From NCBI RefSeq assembly GCF_006345805.1, contig NC_043016.1:14198001-14262000 (forward strand): a stretch of 64,000 bases of DNA, written 5' to 3'. The stretch comes from Octopus sinensis (lineage: Eukaryota). The translations under genes and the position numbers were made by a program. Under the pieces are notes generated by a model. It ran no database searches and was not told the origin of the DNA. It was given only the letters and a program-made list of their open reading frames with translations. Below, one piece after another: positions 23,900 to 35,685 of this stretch. How positions within the stretch are numbered: the stretch's first letter is position 1; each line of letters begins with the position of its first letter.

Positions 23900-25545
23900 T
23901 CATATGTCATCTATATTATAAGATGGTAATTTTAAAGTACAGTACCCAACACCTGTTAGACTACGTGGTAAAGCACCAACTGTTTCCCAAATGCCGGTAT
24001 AAACATCAAACCTAGAAACTAACTTCTGTCCAGTCTTTGTTTGAACGTTATACCCTCCTAGAACATATATTTGATCGTTATAAACGACACAAGATGCTTC
24101 TTTATGTGAAATGGATAATGGAGCGATAATAGTCCACTGATCAACAGCAGGATCATAGCATTCAGATTGCATCACAGGCTGAGCTTGTTGATTTGCATTT
24201 AGGTTGCAACCTCCAAAAACAAACAATTTATCTTGCGCCACACACATCACATGCCATCCACGTGGAGTTAACATTGTTGCCATATCTTCCCACTGATTTG
24301 TCAAAGGGTCATACCTTTGCATATCAGGAGTGAAATGATTTCCACTGTAACCACCTGAAACATAAATATAATTACCAAATACAGCTCCTGCATGGGCGTG
24401 GTAGGACATGGGCATTGGGGCTATCAAATCCCATGTATTGTCAGAAGGATCATAACACTCTGCACTAGCAAGACTGCCATCTTTGTACTTTCCTCCAACT
24501 GCGTATATTTTATTATGTAGTGCACCAGAAAAAAAGTATGCCCTTTTATTCAACATAGGACAAATTTGATACCAGTTGTCAAATTTTGGATCATATCGTA
24601 ATACTAAATTCACAGCAGACTCTCCATGAGCACATTGGGTTGTACATCCACCAAGCACATACAAAAAGTTATTAAATACGACAACTTGCATGTGACTCAA
24701 AGCACTCGGGAGAGAAGCAATTTCTTGGCGATTTAATAAACTGTTTGCAGTAATTTTTGAGTCAAATATATATATTTCATCATGGACACATGGGTTGGGA
24801 TGGATTTCTCTTCCACCAACACTTACTAACCGCTCGACAAATGAACGGAGTTGAACATTAAGGGAAGCAATCAAAGGCTGTGAATGAGGAACAACATGGT
24901 AGTTGAGAGCTTGTAAAACCATCTGTCGCAATTCTGGAATAGACATCATCATATCAACACTTTGAACATGTTGAACTAAATCAGAAGGACTAATAAGCGG
25001 AAATCTTATCAGTTTCATTAAACTGACAGCATGACTCTCATGAGCACTGTCTTGACGAAGCCAATCCCATGTTATTGTAAAGATATCAATTTCTCGAAGA
25101 CTTAAATTCTCACTATTCAAGCAGTTGAGCATCTGTTCATAAGTCAATAGATGCAAGGTACCTTCACGGGCAATCTGCATCAAATTCTTTGCTATAAAAA
25201 CATCAATTTGCTTCAATGCATTATTCATGCTGTAAAGTTTGGCTGTGTTGATAAAATCATAAAAATTTGTTGTTGTCATGCCACTGAGGAAATTTCTCTC
25301 ACAAAATTCTATTACAGGAGTTACTTGGAGATGTGTTGCTGCAGCAATGACATCAAAAATGTCATCTCCTTCAAGACATGTAGTAGATGTATAAATTATC
25401 TCCAGAACTTTATCCAGTCCTTTGCTGGTGACACCTTTCAGTTCTATTTCTTTTTGATGACTCTCCCTCATCCCACCGGTAAACATAGAACGGAAGTAGT
25501 CCGAGCAGGAAACAAGAATAACTCTATGAACATGGAACTTATGAC
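23900..25545 (-). CDS. Kelch-like protein (BTB-BACK-6xKelch; KLHL9/13/26/36-like), last coding exon
   Basis: Acceptor tgtttcag|GT at 25545; reads HKFHVHRVILVSCSDYFRSMFTGGMRES (BTB), BACK, IRFPLI, six GG...YDP...W kelch repeats, stop at 23900; likely Cullin-3 substrate adaptor. Confidence 0.95.
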
Positions 25546-25666
25546 CTGAAACAATAAATAAACAGGTTTTAAGGCAAATAATAAATTATTGTTGAAATAA
25601 TGGTTATAATAATGAATCAGTATCAAAATAACATTTTATTTCTCAAACAACAACAATTAACTTGTG

Positions 25667-26137
25667 GTTCTATATTTAAGAGATGAGGAATTATGTACAT
25701 TATTTACATTTGACGGATATTTGTCCTCATCTTATTTGTTGTTAACACAACGTTTCGACTGATTTACCCTCCAGCCTTCATAAGGTGTCTTGGGGAAATT
25801 TCAAACCTAGGTTCTCATTCCTAAGGTATTTTTCATCGTTATTATTATTATTTTTATTATTATTCAGGTTACTGATTGGAATCGAACTTGGAATCTTGGG
25901 GTTAGTAGCCCGCGCTCTTAACCACTATGCCATATGCCCATGGGCATATGGTGTAGTGGTTGTTCGATTCCAGGTAGTGGCCTGAATAATAACAACATCG
26001 AAAAATACCTTAGGAATGTGAACCCAGGTTCAAAATTTACCAAAGACACCTGAAAAAGGCTGGAGGTTATATCAGCCGAAATGTTGTGTTAACAACAAAC
26101 AAGATGAGGAAAAATATCTGTCAAATGTAAATAATGA
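25667..26137. mobile_element. Head-to-head inverted pair of the tRNA-head/hammerhead-tail element in the kelch intron
   Basis: Palindrome centred 25940/25941 (CATATGCCCA|TGGGCATATG); A box TGGCATAGTGG, B box GTTCGATTCC; hammerheads at 25744-25789 (-) and 26045-26090 (+). Confidence 0.85.
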
Positions 26138-26149
26138 ACAATTTAATTA

Positions 26150-26478
26150 TCTTTCATCTCTTGCTTGTTTCAACCATCATACTGTGGCCATGCTGGGGCA
26201 CCACCTTGAATTCTTTCAATCGACAGAATCAATCTAGTACTTAGAGACTTATTTATTCTGTCAGTTTCTTTTGCTGAACCAATAAGTTACAGGAATACAA
26301 ACAAACCAACATTGGTTGTCAAGCAGTGGTGGGACACACACACACCTACATATCTACATATACAACAGGCTTCTTTCAGTTTCTGTCTACCAAATCCACT
26401 CACACTTGCCCAAAGTGCTATGTAGTGGAACTGAACTCAGAACCACGTGGTTGGGAAGCAAACTCATTACCACACACC
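26150..26478 (-). mobile_element. SINE family A, degenerate
   Basis: Similarity to 5060-5467. Confidence 0.75.
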
Positions 26479-26827
26479 AAAGTAAAATACTGAAATGTGA
26501 AAGTATGTTGCTTCATTTCAATGATTTTCTTAGTTTTACAAAACACAAAACAAGTGATTTCTTAGAAACGATGCACAAGACAAGAAATATAAGATGGAGT
26601 GGGGGAGGGGGTTAATCAGTATTAATAACCGACAGTTCATGAGTGGTGATTATTATTATTTTGGCCTCAGAAGGATGAATGACAAAACTGTCCTCAGCAA
26701 GACACTGAATAATAATTAGGCATGGTTAAACAGCAAAAGATGATGAAACTGATGATAATGATGTTTATTCTCTTAAGAGAAAACTTGACCATTTAATATT
26801 CATAAAACTTTCATAGAATGAAATGCT

Positions 26828-27029
26828 TTAACCCTTTAGCATTTAAACCGGCCATATCCGGCCTAAAATATTCTGCCTGTTTTATGTTCAAACTGGCCAC
26901 ATCTGGTCTCTCACACCAACCCTACACATCATCCTATAAATTAACAGCTACCTCATTAAAATCTAATAGCTACAATGTAGATGAAGAAGCATTAATTTTG
27001 GCAGAATAATGTGAACACTAAAGGGTTAA
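26828..27029. mobile_element. TTAA MITE (piggyBac-like termini)
   Basis: TTAA-CCCTTTAG...CTAAAGGG-TTAA. Confidence 0.8.
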
Positions 27030-27901
27030 ATATTTTAATCTGTTGAAGGTGCAGTCTTTTTATTCCTAGTTTATTACAAGTCAGTGTAATTGAAAATCAG
27101 TGTAATTGAAAACCTGAATGACTGAATCAATAACATATTACTTCTTATTATATCACAAGCAAGTCTTATCTTATAAACAGAATACTTATACTCAATGGTC
27201 AAATTTACTCCGTCATTAAGTGGGTATCACAGGTGATATAATTTATAGGTGTAGACAGTAGCTCTCCAGAACTGAAAAGTATTTTGTTGGTTAGCATTAC
27301 TTGGTTCAATTCTTTTAGCAGAGAAAGATATCTATTATAGTCCAGTGTCTTATCCACTGAATGCTACAGAAACCAGAAATGACCATCTGATGGGTATTTG
27401 GCAGTGGTTCTAAAAGAATTGGTTTAGCGAAATAATCCATAGCTTAGAAACAATATCATTTGTGGAACCCAGATAAGCTATTCAGAGTTGACAGTTGGTG
27501 TGATCCATGATAGATATCTATTGATCTCTACATGATTTCCAGTGGAAAAGGCATGTCTTGTCTGAGCAGAGTGCCCATGCAGTATCCAGTTTGAAAAAAA
27601 TATAACTATAGTTGCAAAACGACTTTCATCATCATCATCATCATTTAGCGTCCGTTTTCCATGCTAGCATGGGTTGGACGGTTCAACTGGGGTCTGTGAA
27701 GCCGGAAGGCTGCATCAGGCCCAGTCAGATCTGGCAGTGTTTCTACGGCTGGATGCCCTTCCTAATGCCAACCACTCCATGAGTGTAGTGGGTGCTTTTT
27801 ACGTGCCACCCGCACAGGTGCCAGACGGAGCTGGCAAACAAATTATTAATCAATTTTCTACAATGGAATAGCACAAATTTTTTTAGAAAACTGTCATTGT
27901 G

Positions 27902-28132
27902 TTAACACTTTAGCATTCAGATTACTCAAATGAAATGCTAATACATTTCCATTATTTTGAATTAACTATGCATTGTCTCATAGCTTATAGCTCTGAGATT
28001 TCAACAATCTGATTGTTTAATTTTAGAATGATAATGTAGGGAAGGTGTAAGAAGCCAGATCTGATCAGTTTAAACATAAGACAGGTAGAATATTTGGGCT
28101 GGAAATAGCGAGTTTAAATGTTAAGTGGTTAA
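27902..28132. mobile_element. TTAA MITE, same family, opposite orientation
   Basis: TTAACACTTTAGCATTCAG...TTAAGTGGTTAA; internal similarity to 39901-40125. Confidence 0.75.
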
Positions 28133-28264
28133 CAGTGAGATGGGTGATGGGCCCCAAATGTGGTTCTCTGTATCATCTACAGTAAACAGTTAATACAATT
28201 TCTGGCTTAATTGATTATCCACGTAATGTCCCAAATAGAATTTCTATAGAACCTGAAATCTTAC

Positions 28265-28400
28265 CTTCAGCAATAAGAGTCACATCACACAAAATTTTGT
28301 CATGTTTCAGTTTATTAAGACCCTGTAGAATTTTCATGCCATGTTCTTTCTCCTCTGCCTTTAAGCTTTCATTTTGCTTTTTATCTGGACATTCAGCCAT
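28265..28400 (-). CDS. Kelch-like protein, first coding exon (N-terminal BTB)
   Basis: MAECPDKK...HGMKILQGLNKLKHDKILCDVTLIAE; phase-1 donor GAAG|gtaag at 28265 joins in frame to 25545 (total 593 aa); exon acceptor at 28476; in-frame upstream stop. Confidence 0.9.
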
Positions 28401-29704
28401 AGTACTAGATAACTTAAGTCAGCAAATTAGAATAGAGTCCATCATCATCATCATCATTCCAATATGCATATGTCATCTGTGAAAGAAAAGACAGATAAAG
28501 ACATTCAAAATAAATTATCAATCAATTAGAAAAACGCAGATTTGAACGAGGAATTAAAAATTTGTAGTAGAAATACAATTGTGATCAGGGTTGCTGATGC
28601 TGGGGTTTTTTTTCAAACCTCAAAAACATTCATGAAAATAGTACACACATACACACACACACACACATGATATGATAATACATAATGTGAATTTGTATCT
28701 GGCCTCCGCCCCGACTGGTCTCCGCCCCGACTGGCCTCGTGCCGGTGGCATGTAAAAAGCACCATCCGTTCATGGCCATTGCCAGCCTCGCCTGGCCCCC
28801 GTGCCGGTGGCACATAAAAAGCACCATCCGATCGTGGCCGTTTGCCAGCCTCGCCTGGCCCCTGATCCGGTGGCACGTAAAAATCACCATCTGTTTGTGG
28901 CCGTTGCCAGCCTCGTCTGGCCCCCGTGCCGGTGGCACATAAAAAGCACCATCCGATCGTGGCCATTTGCCAGACTTGTCTGGCACCTGTGCGGGTGGCA
29001 CATAAAAAGCACCCACTACACTCATGGAGTGGTTGGCGTTAGGAAGGGCATCCAGCTGTAGAAACACTGCCAGATCAGATTGGAGCCTGGTGCAGCCTTC
29101 TGGCTTCCCAGACCCCAGTTGAACCGTCCAACCCATGCTAGCATGGAAAGCGGATGCTAAACGATGATGATGATGATGTAACTGTTTGAATATAATTATC
29201 ACCTGATCAAATGATCTGTGAGACCAACAAATGATTTTGGTCTTTTACCAGCTGAAGTATTTCATTTATGCCACAACTGCAAAGGATATCAGTAGTTTGC
29301 TGATTGAACTGGTTGATCCTGGCCATTGACAGTTTACCGTCTGTTCATCTGCTTGTTTTCAACATTGCCTGGCTCAGGTGGTTAAGTGCAATTTAACACA
29401 CAGCTGGGGCCCTAAAAGGTGCTACTACTCCAAGGTCTACAGAGTAGACTCGGGAACAACTGTGTCTAAGAAGTGGTTCCGCAATCCTCAGAATCACTGG
29501 AATTCCCAAACCATTCCTCCGTTACCGTTTGCCATTCAATGTCACACCCTTGAACATAAAACACCAGAATGAGAGTGAAAGGGAAACGAGTCAAGCGTGA
29601 TGAGAGAGAGAATTTGGGGATACGATAGAAACAGTAAAGCAAAAAGCAAAAAAAAACTGGCCCATACAACTTCAGCCTATCTACTTAACAAAGAAAAGTT
29701 GTCA

Positions 29705-29881
29705 TAGGCGCAGGAGTGGCTGTGTGGTAAGTAGCTTGTTTACCAACAACATGGTTCCGGGTTCAGTCCCACTGCGTGGCACCTTGGGAAAGTGTCTTCT
29801 ACTATAGCCTCGGGCCGACCAAAGCCTTGTGAGTGGATTTGGTGGACAGAAACTGAAAGCAGCCCGTCGTATATATATATG

Positions 29882-29912
<31 letters not shown>

Positions 29913-30115
29913 TTGTGTGTCTGTGTTTGTCCCCCCAACATCGCTTGACAACTGATGCTGGTGTGTTTACGTCACCATGATTTAGTGGTTCGGCAAAAGA
30001 GACCGATAGAATAAGTACTAGGCTTACAAAGAATAAGTCCTGGGGTCGATTTGCTTGACTAAAGGCGGTGCTCCAGCATGGCCACAGTCAAATGACTGAA
30101 ACAAGTAAAAGAGTA
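29705..30115 (+). mobile_element. SINE family A, full length
   Basis: Near-identical to other family A copies. Confidence 0.9.
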
Positions 30116-30324
30116 ATATCACAAGATATGTGTTCTTTATCTTTCTCCTGGAAGCAAATAATCAGTACAAGGCTTTAGCAGAATTAGTAAGAAAGGAGAC
30201 AGGGTACAATGTAGGTAAATGATGTATAGACAAATATTTTGGAGAAGAGGACAAACAGAAGAAAGCGTGAAGAGCTTCAGATGGGAGGTGAGTCAACAAC
30301 AGCTCCTTAAAGAAGGTGCACTAA

Positions 30325-30995
30325 CAAAAGATGGCTACATGTAAACTATGTGGTGAAAAAGAGGAGACAGTCGTGGATGTAGCTTCTGAATGTAAAGTGT
30401 TTGCTCAGAATGTTTACAAAAGCTGGACACTTGGTAAAGAGCTACGATCATCATATCATGGAAAATCTGCAGAAAATTTCAATTTGAACACAAGGAAAGA
30501 TGACAACACCATAAAACAGAACATGTCCTGTTTGCGGTGGGGGTTGCAGAAAGATCAACGAGCAGCTGAGGGGAGTGGGGGGTGACAAGCATAGGTCTCT
30601 GGCTTGGAGCAATTAAGTATTTGCACACAATTATCGTCAAAACGAATGTGCTGCTTAACCGATGTTGCTTGCCTGTAGTAAAACAAAGAACGTAAGAAAA
30701 TGGAAAAATACCAGGATCTAAGACATGAACTTCAGAGAATCTGGAATTACCATAAAGCTTACTTATCCTAATTATAATAGAAAGCCTCAGAAAAGTTCTA
30801 CAGTTCTAAGAAGTTTGCAAAGTTGATGAAGGATATTGAAATGAATTTCCTGATACTATAGAAAGCTAATTTATTTTGTACAGCAAGAACCATAAGAAAG
30901 GTGCTAAATTCTTAAGATTACAGGATGCAATTTAATATCTAGTAATTCAACACTCAAGAAATGAGTTAATGAAAGGAATAATAATAATAATACAA
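30325..30995 (+). mobile_element. 3' end of an RLE-type LINE (R4/Dong-like)
   Basis: CKLCGEKEETV..ASECKVFAQ zinc knuckle, KMEKYQDLRHELQRIW, TARTIRKVL, then (AAT)n tail. Confidence 0.7.
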
Positions 30996-32082
30996 AAGTA
31001 AAATAACAACAACAATACTAATTCGTACTGAACAGCTATAATTCAACTATTTTCTATCAATTTTAAATGTACTGAAAAGTAGTACAACGTGACCTATATA
31101 TATATATTTTTTTTCTTTTTTTGCAAACTTGCAAAATATTTTAGCTATTGGTTAGTATGCCATAAATTCTAGATATTTAAAAAATTCAAGTATAACTAGG
31201 CTTGGAAATATTTTCTCCTTATCTTGCTACAATATGGAATCCTACTATTTCATATAAGAATCCAGTTGTTTGGATATTTGTTGTACTGGGTTGAAAAACA
31301 AAAGTCTAATTTTCTCCAAATGAGCCAACAATAAAACCTCTACAAGGCATTTTAAATTGCTACAAATAGCAGCCAAATCACCCTTAACCCATACTCTTAT
31401 ATCTTAAATAATGAAGAGGATACACATATAGTCCCACATACTCTTAAAAAGACGAAGTGGTTAAAGTTAAAATATCTTTGATAATTTCTGCTTAAGCATG
31501 ATCAGGCTAGGCTTAAAAAACATTTTCCTCAACAACAATTTGGCTACAGTTTGGATGCTGAATGAAAAATAATGTTCCATTCAGACCCCTTAATGCTCCC
31601 AATTGAAATAAGTATCATATGTTTATACCCAAATAATCAATTAACTGTCACTGTGCAAAACTTTCACTTGAGAGGTGATGACTAGAGCTACTCAACAACA
31701 ATGTCCAGTAAATAATAAGGCTTACATAATTTTATGGTCCATTTTCGCTATGCTGACATGGATTATAAAGGAGGAGGTTTACAGCACATATACCTTTGCA
31801 TCTCTCATCAAACTTGTCTAACCTTGCCTGTAAGCTCCAACATCCAGAGGTTTATCTTTTCCCATAGCCACAAGTATTTCTAATTTCAACATGTAGCATT
31901 TCTTTATCCAGTTGTCCCACATGGATCATACCAGTGAAGCCAACCCTCTCTAGCTCAAACCAATCATGCTCAGTGATCGTTTGTTTGGTTTCCAGACAAT
32001 CAGATATACCAGAGACAAGTTCTATTTTCTCATGCCACATAGCAAGGGAATCTCCTTCCCTTCTGATGTGTTGTTAATATCT

Positions 32083-32286
32083 ATTTCTTTACTACCCACA
32101 AGGGGCTAAACACAGAGGGGACAAACAAGGACAGACAAAGCGATTAAGTTGATTTCATCGACCCCGAAAGGGTGAAAGGCAAAGTCGACCTCGGCGGAAT
32201 TTGAACTCAGAATGTAACGGCAGACGGAATACGGCTACACATTTCGCCCGGCATATTCACGATTCTGCCAGCTCGCCGCCTTCAGC
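32083..32286 (-). mobile_element. SINE family B with 16-bp TSD
   Basis: TGTGTTGTTAATATCT at 32067-32082 and 32287-32302; tRNA-like head with B box GAGTTCAAATTCC. Confidence 0.85.
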
Positions 32287-33829
32287 TGTGTTGTTAATAT
32301 CTGTTAAGCTTTCAACGATGTCTGGCATGAGGGTTTTTAAAAATAAAGTTGCCTACTTCCATCTATAACTCATTTATTGGGGTCAGAAGTTTTAAGTCAG
32401 ATTGCTCAATAGAACTTAGTTTTGTCCCCTCCCTACATTATTATTTCTGAACAAACGGCATTGTTGTCATTTTTTAATTACAAACACTTCTTATTACTAC
32501 ACTTAACAGTAGAAGGAGCTCCTGATACATTCCTCTCTCCCCCCAAATAGCATTAGATTATATAAATACAGTATATAAGTGTCATAACCCAATTAAATAC
32601 CACTTGTTTACCTGTCTATATGTTTATTCTATTATACATGTACCATCACAAATGAAACTGCCAATCCTTGTTAAGGCAGTTATAACACACCTGTATTTTA
32701 AGTTACACTTCAAGCTGGAGGAAGTCAATCAAAGCACTAATTGTATGTATCTGTTATCTAACATCATCAGATGTAATTCTTCAAACTTCAATTTTCTACA
32801 TGTAGGTATCATTCACATACGAATTAGACACCTCAAATCATACTGTACTATGAATGAAGAATTTAAAAATATCCTACAGTGGTGATGGTAGTGGTGGGGC
32901 TATGACAACACAGATGCCATCAACAGGTTCTTAGATGCAACCACTACACTACATGTATTACATAACCATAACCCTGATAATAGCAAAATAATATTACACA
33001 ACAGCCATACTGAGAATGAACGATATACTGCTGAAAAACCTTCAAGAAATACAAAAACTAGGTTTTACAATAGTTGATGATCTTTCACAGCAACAGCATA
33101 TATATCAAATTGCCAAAACAGCATCCCAAAAACCAAGATTCTTGTTTAAGAGACACAAAATATTTCATAAACAAAAACTTGTCAATTCTCTAGTATGCTC
33201 AAATGAGACCCAAATCAGAATATTCCTCAATGTCTCCAATGGTACTGCAGCTACACACAAACATAGGCTGTATTTAAAGATAAGCGATCTAGCTATTGGT
33301 AAAGATTCACACGCCAACACACAACAGCTAGAATCTAACATACACTCTTGCTTCTTTCTGATGGGAAAAGTTCAGAGAAATATTACTTCTGTTGGTAATG
33401 AAAGGCCTCTCCCTCAGAGTGAAAGACAAGATTGTATGATGCTTGTCTACAAACATCAATCATCATCATCATCATCATTTAGCATCCACTTTCCATGCTA
33501 GCATGGGTTGGACGGTTCAACTGGGGTCTGGGAAGCCAGGAGGCTGCACCAGGCCCAGTCTGATCTGGCAGTGTTTCTATGGCTGGATGCCCTTCCTAAC
33601 GCCAACCACTCCATGAGTGTAGTGGGTGCCTTTTACATGCTACTGGCACAGGTGCCAGATGGGGCTGGCAACGGCCACAATCGGATGGTGCTTTTTAGGG
33701 GTGGCGCTGGCAACGACCACATTCGGATGGTTCTCTTACGTGCCACCGGCACTGGTATCACAGCTACAATTTCCATTGATGTTGATCGATTTCGATTTTG
33801 ATTCTGATTCTCACTTGCCAAAGGCTTGA

Positions 33830-34130
33830 AACAAATGAAACTAACATTGCTTCACTGGATGTGTAATGTCAGTGTTTTGAGAGAAAACCTGGCCATAAGA
33901 GGCATCAGATGTAATGTGCAAGAGATAAGACAGTGTTGGTAGGTCATGTGATGCATATGGATGAAGATAGCTGCATAAATAAGTGCAAGTTGCTAAAAGT
34001 GGAGGGAACCTGTGAAAGAGGAAGATGCAGAAAGATGTGGGGCAAAGTGGTGAGAAATGGTCTTCAGATGTTGAAACTCACAGAAGAGATGACAAAGGGC
34101 CAAGATGATTGGTGATTTGCTGTGCGACCC
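33830..34130 (+). mobile_element. RTE LINE C-terminal fragment
   Basis: GHVMHMDEDSCINKCKLLKVEGTCERGR.RKMW. Confidence 0.75.
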
Positions 34131-34607
34131 TTCCATGTAAGTAGAATTGAGGCTATAAAGGCATATCGTTTATGTTTCTCTCCAACAACATATCTTCCTA
34201 CCACCTCCCCTTCTTCCACCCATCTTTGCCCTTTCTCATGGAATTTGCTCCTGAGGAATTACTCTCTCTCACTCCACAACATATCTTTGTAATACCCCCT
34301 CCCCTCTACCTGCATAAATTCACTGTATTTCCTTCCCATTCAGCACCTTTCACAATCCTGTGAACTTACCCACTCATCCATCCTATCCAACTCTCTGTAC
34401 CACTTTACCTGTGAACACCTGATTGTAACTTGAGGACACCCCTATCCATCACATCATCATCATCTCTCTCTTTCTCTCTCTGTGTCTATCTATCTCTTTT
34501 CCTCTCTCCAACAGGGGTAGCCATCTACTCTACTGCGAGACACCTATTCCTGTCCCTCTATTTATACACTCGCTTCTCATCCCCTGGCACAAAGCCACCT
34601 CCCTCAA

Positions 34608-35015
34608 TACTTTACTCTTTTACACTTTTACTTGTTTCAGTCATTTGACTGTGGCCATGCTGGAGCACTGCCTCTAATCGAGCAACATGACCCCGGGACT
34701 TATTCTTTTGTAAGCCCAGTACTTATTCTATCAGTCTCTTTTGCCGAACCGCTAAGTAACGGGGACATAAACACACCAGCATCGGTTGTCAAGCAATGCT
34801 AGGGGGACAAACACAGACACACACATGCACATATATATATACATATATACGATGGGCTTCTTTCAGTTTCCGTCTACCAAATCCACTCACAAGGCTTTGG
34901 TCGGTCTGAGGCTATAGTAGAAGACACTTGCCCAAGGTGCCACGCAGTGGGACTGAACCCGGAACCATGTGGTTGGTAAACAAGCTACTTACCACACAGC
35001 CACTCCTGCGCCTAT
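34608..35015 (-). mobile_element. SINE family A, full length
   Basis: Reverse complement of family A. Confidence 0.9.
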
Positions 35016-35643
35016 ATCAACTCTGTTGATGAGACTTGCCTTAAAAGTTACTCGGTTACCTTACAAGTGCCGGTATCTTATAAAAAGCACCCAGTCCACT
35101 TTGCAAAGTAGTAGGCATTAGGAAAGGTATCAGGCCACAGAAAACATGCCAAAGCCAATATGGAGCTTGATGCAGTCTTTTGGCTCACCAGCCCCTGTCA
35201 AACCGTCCAACCCATGACAGCATGGAAAGAGAGATGTTAAATGATGACTGCTGCATAAACAGTTTCTTCACTTCTTGATCTTTGCTGCATGTCATTTCTG
35301 AAAATGATACAAATGTGAGACAGTTTTTGCAAATTGTCGCAATACACCAGTGTATCACTGGTAAAACAGGTCTACACTTTTAATATATAAATATACGGGA
35401 ATGTATAATCATCAAGGTTTTATTTGATATTTCTTTTTCTTGTTTCAGTCATTTGACTGCGGTCATGCTGGAGCACTGCCTATAGGCAAGCAAATCAACA
35501 TGAGGACTTATTCTTTGTAAGCCTAGTACTTATTCTATCAGCCTCTTTTGCCAAACCACTAAGTTACGGTGATGTAAACACACCAGTATCGGTTGTGTCA
35601 AGTGATGTTGGGGAGACAAACACAGACACAAAAACATATACAG

Positions 35644-35685
<42 letters not shown>

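Noticed and set aside
25866-25939. Functional tRNA gene (ACT anticodon)
   Set aside because: Acceptor and T stems do not close; it is the head of a repeated element
28735-29015. CRISPR-like array
   Set aside because: Eukaryotic context and the spacers are near-identical; tandem units of an RTE 3' UTR
33016-33501. 161-aa ORF
   Set aside because: No recognisable domain or splice structure; runs into an RTE (CAT)n tail
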